Assembly: GCA_963674945.2 (NCBI GenBank)
Contig: CAXXWQ010000004.1
Coordinates: forward strand, 928,001 to 992,000
Origin: an uncultured Desulfosarcina sp.
Lineage (GTDB): Bacteria; Desulfobacterota; Desulfobacteria; Desulfobacterales; Desulfosarcinaceae
DNA length: 64,000 bases
Direction: 5' to 3'
Of this stretch, positions 1 through 8,664 are shown piece after piece. Position 1 is the stretch's first letter; each line of letters starts with the position of its first letter. The translations under genes and the position numbers were made by a program. The notes beneath the pieces are model-generated. The model worked only from the letters and a program-made list of their open reading frames with translations, had not been told where the DNA came from and ran no database searches.

Positions 1-681
1 GCTTTCGGCGTCGAAGATATGAGAATCTCACCGGTGGATAACGCATATCTGCTGACCTACAGCGCCTATTCCCGTCACGGCGTGCGGATTGCCCTGGCGC
101 GTACAAACGATTTTAAAAACGTGGAGCGCGTGGCGCTGATCACTCAGGCCGACCTGCGCAACGTCGTCATTTTCCCTGAAAAGTTCGATGGTCGCTATGT
201 GCGTCTGGACCGACCGCATTCGGAAATCTCGCCCTGGTCGATCTGGATTTCCTATTCTCCGGACCTGATTCACTGGGGCGATTCCCGGGTGATCATGAAG
301 CCCTTGGCCTATCACTGGGATGAGATGAAAATCGGGCCCGGCGCGCCACCCTTCAGAACCGATAAAGGCTGGCTGCATATTTACCATGGCGTTTTCAAGA
401 CCATGGCCGGAACGGTGTATCGACTCGGCGTAGCCCTGCACGACTTTGATGATCCGGCGACCATCATCGGCGTCTCCGATAGGTGGATTCTGCAGCCTGA
501 AGATCCCTGGGAGGTGACTGGCTATGTTCCCAATGTGGTCTTTACCTGCGGCGCGGTTCCGGAAGCCGATGGTACGGTAAAAATCTATTGGGGCGGTGCG
601 GATACGGTCATGTGCGCCGGAACGGCCGTGATCGATGATTTGGTCTCCCTCTGCCTCTCGGACTCCCGTCCAGCGGTTTAG
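1..681 (+). CDS. Glycoside hydrolase family 130 protein (5' part lies upstream of the window)
   Basis: Frame is open from base 1 (AFGVEDMRI..). Motifs GVED.RI, KIGPGAPP, W.HIYHGV and GYVPNVVF.CG are typical of GH130. Confidence 0.85.
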   Translation, partial: AFGVEDMRISPVDNAYLLTYSAYSRHGVRIALARTNDFKNVERVALITQADLRNVVIFPEKFDGRYVRLDRPHSEISPWSIWISYSPDLIHWGDSRVIMKPLAYHWDEMKIGPGAPPFRTDKGWLHIYHGVFKTMAGTVYRLGVALHDFDDPATIIGVSDRWILQPEDPWEVTGYVPNVVFTCGAVPEADGTVKIYWGGADTVMCAGTAVIDDLVSLCLSDSRPAV

Positions 682-829
682 CTGCTGCTTTCCGATCTAA
701 GTGCAGATCGAAGAACCCCGCTTTTTCTTAGGTCGGCTGGATTAGAATTCGTCATCCCCATTGCTTCAGCGTTGAATGCAAAGCATGAGGGCAACGAAAA
801 CATGCATTTAACATGAAGGACACCGGAAT

Positions 830-2311
830 ATGCAGGTTAAAAACCATACACCGTTGAAAGTTAAAAGAAAAGCGATCAAGATCGTCGGGGATACTTCTCG
901 GGTCATCACCAGGCTTCATCTGCCGGATGAGCGGTCTCGGATCAATAAAATCATTCAGCGTATCATTAACCTGCCCGACACGGTGGCTGAAGCGTTGATG
1001 GCGCAAATCATGGTAGATTTTGCCGGCCGGCACGAAGACATCGGGAACGTCTTTGAACGGAACCTGAAAGCGGTGCAGAATAATCTCCCACCGGATACCG
1101 TACTCAGCGATCTTAAAAAATCACTCATCGGGGCTTTCTTTACCAAGGAGTACTCCATTGAATCGGCGGCCCTTTTCAACCCTTCCATTGTTCCCCATCC
1201 GGATCAGAGCCGTTTGAAAAATGGCAGCCTGCGCTTCGTCATGAGTCTCCGGGCGACCGGTGAAGGTCATATTTCGTCCATCGTCTTTCGCAGCGGTGTC
1301 CTTGACCGACACAATCGGTTTCGCTTCGACCCGATCAGCGATTACGTGGAAACACCTGACCTTCAATTAAATCCGGATTACAAACGCGATCTTTTCCGGC
1401 GCAAATTGAACGAAATGGGGGCCGAAAATGAGATAACCGCCCTTATTCTAAATCATATGCCAGTTGATTTTACGTATAATGAGCTAATCGAAAGAATTGG
1501 CAAACTTCGAGTGGAACCAGTATTTCCCAAGAATCGTCAAAACAGAGCTTTCGAGATTATGTGGTGGCTTGCCAATTCCAATTATGAGGTAGTGTTCCAC
1601 CCGGATCACCGCATATCCGAACGAGTGATCTTTCCGGTCTCAAAAAACGAAAGCCGAGGTATTGAAGATGCCCGCTTCGTTCAATTTCTCACTGACCGGC
1701 AAGAAGCCACTTATTATGCGACCTATACCGCCTATAATGGGCATACGATCCTACCGCAACTGATCGAAACCAAGGATTTTATCAAATTCAACATTGTCAC
1801 GCTTAACGGAAAAGCAATAAAAAACAAGGGAATGGCACTTTTCCCGCGCAAAATTGGCGACCGCTATGCCATGCTCTCTCGCCAGGATGGCGAAAACAAC
1901 CATATCATGTTTTCGGACAATATCCATTTCTGGCAAACGTCCCAAATTATCCAGGAGCCTGAATATCCGTGGGAATTCATCCAGATCGGCAACTGCGGGT
2001 CGCCCGTAGAGACGGATCAAGGTTGGATCGTGCTCACCCACGGTGTCGGCCCCATGCGTCAATATTGTATTGGCGCCATTTTGCTTGATCTTGAAAATCC
2101 ATCGAAAATAATCGCTCGTCTGGTTGAACCACTACTCTCCCCGCATGAGAAAGAGCGCGAGGGATATGTTCCCAATGTCGTTTATTCATGCGGTGCGATC
2201 ATTCATAATAACGAATTGGTTATTCCCTACGCAATGTCCGACATCAACTCCGGCATTGCGATCGTCGCCGTGGATGAACTGCTGAATTGTATGCGGGCGG
2301 TGAAATCATGA
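830..2311 (+). CDS. Long-form GH130 glycosidase/phosphorylase
   Basis: SIESAALFNPSIVPHPDQ, LRATGEGHISSI, GIEDARFV, IGNCGSP, REGYVPNVVYSCG. Confidence 0.85.
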   Translation: MQVKNHTPLKVKRKAIKIVGDTSRVITRLHLPDERSRINKIIQRIINLPDTVAEALMAQIMVDFAGRHEDIGNVFERNLKAVQNNLPPDTVLSDLKKSLIGAFFTKEYSIESAALFNPSIVPHPDQSRLKNGSLRFVMSLRATGEGHISSIVFRSGVLDRHNRFRFDPISDYVETPDLQLNPDYKRDLFRRKLNEMGAENEITALILNHMPVDFTYNELIERIGKLRVEPVFPKNRQNRAFEIMWWLANSNYEVVFHPDHRISERVIFPVSKNESRGIEDARFVQFLTDRQEATYYATYTAYNGHTILPQLIETKDFIKFNIVTLNGKAIKNKGMALFPRKIGDRYAMLSRQDGENNHIMFSDNIHFWQTSQIIQEPEYPWEFIQIGNCGSPVETDQGWIVLTHGVGPMRQYCIGAILLDLENPSKIIARLVEPLLSPHEKEREGYVPNVVYSCGAIIHNNELVIPYAMSDINSGIAIVAVDELLNCMRAVKS

Positions 2312-2433
2312 AATCTTTAAATTGTGCGCGAAAAAACCACCGCAATTGGGCAAAGCATACGAAAACCGGATCCTACGTTTACGAGAAAACCTTTGGAATT
2401 CGACTGATGAAGAATAGCCAGGGGAGAAAGAAG

Positions 2434-4086
2434 ATGTTGACACTGCTTGGAAAAAGCGTTTCCCCAGGGATGGCGCAAGGGAAGGCCTATGTCTATAAGG
2501 ATGTGTTGTTAAGGGATTCCGAACTCTATCTGATCGACGAATCCCAGATGGATGATGAGAAAACCAGAATTAAAAGGGCGATCGACGATGTAAGAAAATG
2601 CCTGATAATCGATGCCAAGCAAATTGAGGGGAAGTTGGGCAAGCAATCGGCGGATATCTTCCGCGCGCAAGAAGCAATCTTGATAGATCCCCAATTGGCA
2701 AAGGAAATAAAACAGGTTTTGGAAACAAAGATGATCAATGCCGAGCAAGTGGTCAGAACGGTATTCCGAACACTGGCGCGCCGATTCAGAGACCTGAACG
2801 GTGAACTGCTAAGGGAACGTGGGGATGATATTGACGACCTGTCGCGCCGGTTGTTGCTGTCATTGGCAGGTATTCACGCGCATAGCCTCGAGAATGTGCC
2901 TGCCAACACGGTACTGGTGGCCCGTCGGCTGTTGCCGTCGGATACGGTGTTTCTTTCGCGTTCATCCACCGTCGGCGTTCTTGCAGAGTTCGCGGGGCCC
3001 TCGGCACATGCGGCTCTTATTGCCCGAGAGCTCGGCATCCCCTGTGTGGGGGGGATTCCCGGTTTGTTGCAAACGGTCCATACGAGTGACGTCGTGCTTG
3101 TTGATGGGACCAAGGGTACAGCGGTGATCAATCCGAACCCCCAAGTCCTGCGACATCACAACAAGGCATTTGAGGAAGTCCGCAAAAACCGTGAGACGAT
3201 GGCATATATCAGCACAGTTGAAGGAGCGGTAGCCGTGGATGGTGTTGATGTCTTGATCATGGCTAATGTCCGCAGTCGTGAAGATGTTGAACTCGCTATG
3301 GAATGCGGGGCGGATGGGATTGGACTGTTCCGAACAGAGCCCTTCTTTCTTTCGACCAAACATTTACCTTCAGGCAAGGACTTCCAGAGGTTTCTACATG
3401 AGAGCCTGGAACCGGTACGAGGAAGGCATATCGACGTTCGTCTTCTCGATATTGGTGCCGACAAGAATCCCATTTACCTTCATCTGCCACCGGAACCCGA
3501 CCCTTTTTTGGGCCGGCGGGGTGTGCGTGTGCTGCGTGAGTATCCAGAGTTGTTGGCTACACAGTTGCGGGCTGTCTTGGAAGTGTCTCAGGAATTCGAA
3601 ATCGGTGTCCTGATACCGATGGTCACGATCGAAAGCGATGTGACGCATGTTGTCTCACGGTTACAAAAATTTGCCACTGAAATGGGTATTCGCAAGCTGC
3701 CCCGTATCGGTGCAATGATCGAAACACCAGCCGCGGCATTATCAATCGCATCTCTGAAAAAACACGTGGACTTTTTCAGCATCGGCTCAAATGATCTCAC
3801 ACAATATACTATGGCCGCCGGACGGGAAAATCCCTTGGTTACGGAGTATTTCATTGACGACCATCCAGCGGTCTTACGGCTTATCGAATTAATCATTAAG
3901 GAATCCGGTGACACGCCCGTTTCAATCTGCGGTGAGTTGGCGGGCCGGGTTGACGTTATCCCAAAGTTGTTGAGAACCGGAATCAGGTCTCTCAGTGTGG
4001 CTGCCGCGCTCGTCCCGGACGTGAAATTTGCCGTAAGGAACATAAAAGTCGAAGATAAGGAAAATTATGTTGAAATTGTGGAATAG
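2434..4086 (+). CDS. ptsP: Phosphoenolpyruvate-protein phosphotransferase (PTS enzyme I paralog)
   Basis: G.SVSPG.A.G start, phospho-His motif GPSAHAALIARELGIP, GIGLFRTE, FSIGSNDLTQY, ICGE. The ATG at 2434 follows a GGGGAG RBS; the ORF track starts at 2287. Confidence 0.9.
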   Translation: MLTLLGKSVSPGMAQGKAYVYKDVLLRDSELYLIDESQMDDEKTRIKRAIDDVRKCLIIDAKQIEGKLGKQSADIFRAQEAILIDPQLAKEIKQVLETKMINAEQVVRTVFRTLARRFRDLNGELLRERGDDIDDLSRRLLLSLAGIHAHSLENVPANTVLVARRLLPSDTVFLSRSSTVGVLAEFAGPSAHAALIARELGIPCVGGIPGLLQTVHTSDVVLVDGTKGTAVINPNPQVLRHHNKAFEEVRKNRETMAYISTVEGAVAVDGVDVLIMANVRSREDVELAMECGADGIGLFRTEPFFLSTKHLPSGKDFQRFLHESLEPVRGRHIDVRLLDIGADKNPIYLHLPPEPDPFLGRRGVRVLREYPELLATQLRAVLEVSQEFEIGVLIPMVTIESDVTHVVSRLQKFATEMGIRKLPRIGAMIETPAAALSIASLKKHVDFFSIGSNDLTQYTMAAGRENPLVTEYFIDDHPAVLRLIELIIKESGDTPVSICGELAGRVDVIPKLLRTGIRSLSVAAALVPDVKFAVRNIKVEDKENYVEIVE

Positions 4087-4159
4087 GTAATCCAGTTTAA
4101 CCAGCTATATCTGACAGGTTGGACAGTTGATGCTGTTTTACCTTGAAATAGGATGTCCT

Positions 4160-5014
4160 ATGCAGCGCTACAAAATTCTTCATCGTACTTATTACAATTT
4201 CTCGGGGATGGTGAGGCTCGGCACCCATCACCTGCGCCTTCGTCCGAGGGAAGACTATGAGCTTCGTATCGAATCCTCTACATTGACGATAACGCCTCCG
4301 GCAACCCTGCTTTGGCACCGGGACGTGGAGGGAAACTCAGTGGCCATCGCGACATTTAATTCGCCCACCAACCAACTTGCGGTTGAAAGCGAAGTCATTA
4401 TCCAGCAATACAACGAAGCACCGCTCGACTTTCTTGTGACCGATTACGCCATCGATTACCCGTTCACCTATCCACCCGACGACAGGATTTTGCTGTCGCC
4501 CTATATGGCATCCTCGGCGCATAGTGTGGAAGGCATTTTGGGTGAATGGATTGCTAATTTATGGAAATCCGGTGAACGGATTCAGACTTACACGTTGTTG
4601 CAGCGCCTTTGCACTCTCATTCATCAAAAATTGTCATATAGAGTGCGGGAAGAACCCGGTGTACAATCTGCGGAGCAAACACTATCAGGCGGTACTGGTT
4701 CTTGCCGTGACTTTGCAGCGCTATTTATGGTCGCAGCGCGGTGTTTGGGTTTCGCCGCTCGCTTTGTAAGTGGCTATCTACATGTACCCCAATCAACCGA
4801 TAGTTTGGGGGCAACCCATGCCTGGGCCGAAGTATACCTGCCGGGCGCTGGTTGGAAGGGGTTCGATCCCACCAACGGAGAAATCGCCGGAACGGATCAT
4901 TTTGCCGTGGCGGTGGCAAGATTGCCAGAATCAGTTCCACCAATAGCGGGCTCGTTTGTGGGTTCTCCGGGGTCACGTCTTGATGTTGGCGTATGGGTAA
5001 CAATGTGGGAGTAA
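4160..5014 (+). CDS. Transglutaminase-like family protein
   Basis: N-terminal H.T.Y....H.LRLRPR domain; catalytic GSCRDFA..HAWAEVYLPGAGW.GFDPTN. Confidence 0.88.
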   Translation: MQRYKILHRTYYNFSGMVRLGTHHLRLRPREDYELRIESSTLTITPPATLLWHRDVEGNSVAIATFNSPTNQLAVESEVIIQQYNEAPLDFLVTDYAIDYPFTYPPDDRILLSPYMASSAHSVEGILGEWIANLWKSGERIQTYTLLQRLCTLIHQKLSYRVREEPGVQSAEQTLSGGTGSCRDFAALFMVAARCLGFAARFVSGYLHVPQSTDSLGATHAWAEVYLPGAGWKGFDPTNGEIAGTDHFAVAVARLPESVPPIAGSFVGSPGSRLDVGVWVTMWE

Positions 5015-5280
5015 AGAACGACTCCTGCTTTTATGAGTCAGGAAATCAAATCTTCTACTCTCAAATTAGGAAGAGCACTTGAAACTGCCTGGTAATTGAG
5101 ACCTTAATAGCCACCACCTCAAATACAATCGAAAACAGGTGTTAAGGACAGCCGATCCAAATCACACTCCTGAGGACTAGCGACCATAAGTGCTCTGTCA
5201 TGGCAAGATCAAAAGGTGAGGATTACTGAAGGCAATCCTCGCCCTTTCCATTGGTTAGAGAATGAGGCGATAGTTAAACA

Positions 5281-5394
5281 GTTTACGAGGTCCTTGTCCC
5301 ATGTATAAAGAAGGCAAAACAAAAAAAGCGACCCATAATGGTTGCTCACAATCCAAATCTTGCTGTTGTCTGTGATGCAGAACAAATATGTTAG
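5281..5394 (+). pseudogene. Relic C-terminal fragment of an ABC/SMC-type (TrlF/PHP-associated-like) ATPase
   Basis: Hand translation VYEVLVPCIKKAKQKKRPIMVAHNPNLAVVCDAEQI matches the H-loop signature (.THNPN.AV..DAE.I). It is bounded by stops. Confidence 0.55.
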
Positions 5395-5467
5395 GATATT
5401 CCAGAAAAATAAAAGGTTCTCTATTACATATGATGTGATGCCAGAATACTATACCGCTAATTGTACT

Positions 5468-6046
5468 TTACTTCCCTTTTCCCTTACTCTTTATCTTTGG
5501 ATGGTGAGAAAAAAAGGGACCGCCGCATCCCACTAAAAAATCGACGGAACAACGCAGTGTACTAGCCAGCTTAACGATCACATCCGTACTTGCGTGGTAA
5601 CCAGCTTCGATCCTTTTGATTTGATCGACTGGTAGCCCGGAACGTTTGGAAACCTCCGCGATGCTAAATCCCATATCCTCACGCCAATAACGAACCCGTT
5701 TACCCATTTCCGGATCTTTTGCCGCAGGAAGCCCATGGTCTTTGTTGGTTTTGGCATGAAGGTATTTTGGCACATCTTCTTTAACCATCGCATCCGGCAA
5801 ATCAGTCATTTGGTAAAAAACGTGTCCCCATAAAAAATAATCCATCGGTTTACCAGTGGCCACAGATACAGCTAATATGTAATTTAATGAAGGATTTTGG
5901 CTGGCTTTTGCGCTATGAATATTGGATACCACGTTGATCTTCACGCCAACTTTATTCGCCCATTCTGTCCTGGAATAGCCTTCCATTTCCTTCTCAATGC
6001 GTCGAAGGACATCTTTGAAATTGATGTCAATGTGATATTTTTTCAT
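5468..6046 (-). CDS. Repressor with two XRE-type HTH domains (module copy 1)
   Basis: Two HTH segments (SRTEWANKVGVK..NPSLNY and RVRYWREDMGFSIAEVSKRSGL..IEAG); divergent from the integrase. Confidence 0.8.
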   Translation of the reverse strand: MKKYHIDINFKDVLRRIEKEMEGYSRTEWANKVGVKINVVSNIHSAKASQNPSLNYILAVSVATGKPMDYFLWGHVFYQMTDLPDAMVKEDVPKYLHAKTNKDHGLPAAKDPEMGKRVRYWREDMGFSIAEVSKRSGLPVDQIKRIEAGYHASTDVIVKLASTLRCSVDFLVGCGGPFFSHHPKIKSKGKGK

Positions 6047-6063
6047 TTTCTATTATTTTTTTC

Positions 6064-6095
6064 TTGACATTAAGTTCATTTTTTATGTATATAGT
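6064..6095 (+). promoter_or_regulatory. Putative sigma70 promoter towards the integrase side
   Basis: TTGACA at 6064-6069 followed by TGTATATAGT. TTGACA is conserved at the same position in copies 2 and 3. Confidence 0.5.
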
Positions 6096-6135
6096 AACCT
6101 ACACACCCTCAATTGAACCTGATCTCCTATTTTCC

Positions 6136-6208
6136 CAGAATTGTCCCTCTTCAGAATTGTCCCTCTTCAGAATTGTCCCTCTTCAGAATTTTCCTAATAT
6201 TCAGAATT
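6136..6208. repeat. 16-bp tandem repeat CAGAATTGTCCCTCTT x3 plus two degenerate copies
   Basis: Perfect units at 6136, 6152 and 6168; degenerate CAGAATT at 6184 and 6202. Confidence 0.9.
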
Positions 6209-6479
6209 CTTTTGTTGTTAGCTAATGGTGAAGAAATAAGTTCCTTCTTTTAATTAATAATGTAGCCCTAAAACATGTGTCGACAAACAACATTGACTCA
6301 GCGTTTGATTTTCGATTTGCTGATATCGCTCACGGGAGGTTCATTTCTAAATTACATTAATACGTTAACGGAATCAAACCCTTTTCCATTAAACGTAGAG
6401 CAAATAAAATGAGAGTCGTCGAAAAACTCGAAAAAGAATTCAAAAGAAGGCTGAACTTCAATCCAGCAGGTAGGCTGAT

Positions 6480-6662
6480 TTGACTGAAACAATGCAAATA
6501 CAGAAAGATCTTGAGTCTATCAAAAAGCAACTAGCTACGCTGATGGACCATTTGGGAGTCGGGGCCACTCCTCAACGCTCAGATCGGGATATTCAACAAG
6601 AAATATCCAACCGTTTACATAAACAATTGACCCGTGCTAAAAAGTCGAATGGCCGTGCGTGA
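6480..6662 (+). CDS. Small hypothetical protein overlapping the integrase start
   Basis: 60-aa ORF directly upstream of and overlapping the integrase gene. Confidence 0.4.
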   Translation: MTETMQIQKDLESIKKQLATLMDHLGVGATPQRSDRDIQQEISNRLHKQLTRAKKSNGRA

Positions 6663-7686
6663 AATAGGGATAGGTAAATTTCAGTTGGATGTAAGCCGTG
6701 GTGTAGGTAAACGCACCCGTATGGTTTTTTATGGTTCAAAAGCTGAAGCTGAGAAAGCTTTCACCTATTTAAAGCGCCAGTGTGACCAGGAAGACGGCAG
6801 GGAAAAGAAATCCCACTACAATATTGGTGATCTAGTCGATGCCCACCTTGAGCATGAAAAGCTGCACAAAGCGAATAAAACATGGGAGGAAAAAAATAGA
6901 ATCATTCGCGGCCCTATAATGTCCATGTTCCGCAAAATGCACTTCGATTTCGTGTACACATCAACGATTGAAGCCTACAAGAAAAAAAGGGTCAACGATA
7001 TTGGCAAAAAGCACAGAGCCATCAACCTTGAACTGATCTATTTTTCAGGTTTCTGGAAATGGGCATATCAAAACGGGTACTGCCGAAACATGACTATTAA
7101 GATGCCAAAGCTCCCATATAAAAGGAAACCACCCAAAGTTTTAACAAAGTCTGAATGTATGGCCATCTTTCACCATGCTGGACCACATCGACAAGCCATG
7201 TTTCTTTGTTTGTACCACGCTGGATTACGGGCCAATGAAGTGATGACTTTGAAACGATATAATGTAGATTTCACGGGTTGTTCGATTACTGTGATCGGCA
7301 AGGGTGACAAGACCAGAACGGTGCCGATGACACAAACGCTATCCGAAGCGATGAAAAAACATTTTTCGTTGATGGACGATCGTATCTCGAATCCAAAAAC
7401 GAAAGTCCTGTGGGATGAAACCCTGGCCTTTCCGTCACTGCGGACCGGCAAGCAATTAACAGACATTCGCCGGCCATTATGGAACGTGATTGAAAAACCC
7501 GATATCTCGAGAAAGGTGATGCCGCATATTTTGCGACACAGCTTTGCAACCCACATGTTTGAAGCCGACGCGGATTTGAGAACGATCCAGGAATTATTGG
7601 GCCATGAAGATATTGCCACAACCCAGGTGTACAAGCACGTTGCCATCAATAAGAAGAGGACAGTCATTGATTTGCTCAAACAATAA
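6649..7686 (+). CDS. Tyrosine recombinase/integrase, intact (module copy 1)
   Basis: Catalytic R (GLRANE), K (GKGDK), [13 protein letters not shown] and Y (TTQVY). The N-terminal KFQLDV..KRTRMVFYGSKAEAE segment resembles an arm-binding domain. Confidence 0.92.
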   Translation: MAVREIGIGKFQLDVSRGVGKRTRMVFYGSKAEAEKAFTYLKRQCDQEDGREKKSHYNIGDLVDAHLEHEKLHKANKTWEEKNRIIRGPIMSMFRKMHFDFVYTSTIEAYKKKRVNDIGKKHRAINLELIYFSGFWKWAYQNGYCRNMTIKMPKLPYKRKPPKVLTKSECMAIFHHAGPHRQAMFLCLYHAGLRANEVMTLKRYNVDFTGCSITVIGKGDKTRTVPMTQTLSEAMKKHFSLMDDRISNPKTKVLWDETLAFPSLRTGKQLTDIRRPLWNVIEKPDISRKVMPHILRHSFATHMFEADADLRTIQELLGHEDIATTQVYKHVAINKKRTVIDLLKQ

Positions 7687-7708
7687 CCAATATGACTTTG
7701 GACGGCTG

Positions 7709-7724
7709 ATGACAAGCTTGTCAT
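7709..7724. repeat. Perfect palindrome ATGACAAGCTTGTCAT (putative integrase arm-type sites), junction 1
   Basis: Identical 16-mer at 19526-19541 and 35061-35076. Confidence 0.75.
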
Positions 7725-7776
7725 TTTTTCTTCGATTATTTATAGTTTTTTCGGTTACTTATTCTATAACCACCAA

Positions 7777-7822
7777 ACTCTTAATCAGTAGGTTGAAGGT
7801 TCGATTCCTTCACGGCCCACCA
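7777..7822 (+). mobile_element. att core = 3' half of tRNA-Lys(CTT), junction 1
   Basis: ACTCTTAATCAGTAGGTTGAAGGTTCGATTCCTTCACGGCCCACCA contains anticodon loop CT-CTT-AA, T-arm GAAGG/TTCGATT/CCTTC and a CCA end. No 5' half lies upstream. Confidence 0.9.
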
Positions 7823-7838
7823 TCATTAATTTTTTGTT

Positions 7839-7881
7839 TAAAAACGGGAAGTTAGGCTGTTCTGCCGCTTCCCGTTTTTTT
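7839..7881 (+). terminator. Rho-independent terminator after the att core
   Basis: AAAAACGGGAAG..CTTCCCGTTTTTTT. Confidence 0.75.
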
Positions 7882-7897
7882 GTATTTTCTTCCATTA

Positions 7898-7941
7898 TCT
7901 TAATCAGTTGGTTGAAGATTTGATTGCTTCACGGTCAACCA
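7898..7941 (+). mobile_element. Second, degenerate tRNA-Lys 3' half
   Basis: TCTTAATCAGTTGGTTGAAGATTTGATTGCTTCACGGTCAACCA. Confidence 0.75.
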
Positions 7942-8010
7942 AAAAATACTAAGTGAAATTGGTTCTTTATACCTGTTTCGCTTTTTTTTTTAGGGAGTCT
8001 CCATTAAAAA

Positions 8011-8031
8011 AATGACAAGGAAATGACAAGG
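8011..8031 (+). repeat. Direct repeat AATGACAAGG x2 (putative right-arm integrase sites)
   Basis: Same ATGACAAG core as the upstream palindrome; also present at 19832-19852 and 35360-35369. Confidence 0.65.
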
Positions 8032-8664
8032 TGGGCAACCATGTGATCGAACACAGATTTTCACGTGGAATACAGAAAATAATCGTGAGTTGAAACCAGT
8101 TCCCGAAAAGAGCGCTATTGGCAGCTACAGCTTGCCGAGGTCTTTTAATAATTGCCTGAAGGTAACAAGCACAAACTGCGTGAACTGTTCCATGTTCAGG
8201 CCCTCGAAAGCAGAAGGTGGGCGTTGTTCCGTTACACACAGTACCCCTTCAGAGCTTGTTGTTTCAAAATAGAGACTCAGGTTTTCAATGAACGTTTTAA
8301 ACCAGGCAGGGTATTTTTTCGAGAGCTGGTCAAAATCATCCAAGATGGCAGGCATGATTTGGCCGCTCCCGGTTAAAATGTCAAAAATATAGAAGAGGTC
8401 TTTGGCCTTCTTTTCAGGATCTTTTCTCCTTCTGAAAACCAGGCCCTTGTGAAACATATACGCGGCAGGAGTCGGTATCTTAACAATCAATGGGGATGAT
8501 TGTCCTGCTAGTACAGCATCATCAATCGTCACCTCAGTTACATTTTCAGTTACAATGGATATGAATCTGAGGGCTTCGGCATGAAGGCCTTTTTGAACCT
8601 CCAAAACAATTTCAGGGTTGGACCCTGTTTGATCAACCAAAAATTCGATCTCAACATCCATATT

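Noticed and set aside
6136..6208. CRISPR array
   Set aside because: The 16-bp units are contiguous with no spacers, and there are no cas genes.
7740..7822. Intact tRNA-Lys gene (also at 19594 and 35129)
   Set aside because: There is no 5' acceptor strand, D-arm or 5' anticodon stem; only the 3' half is present.
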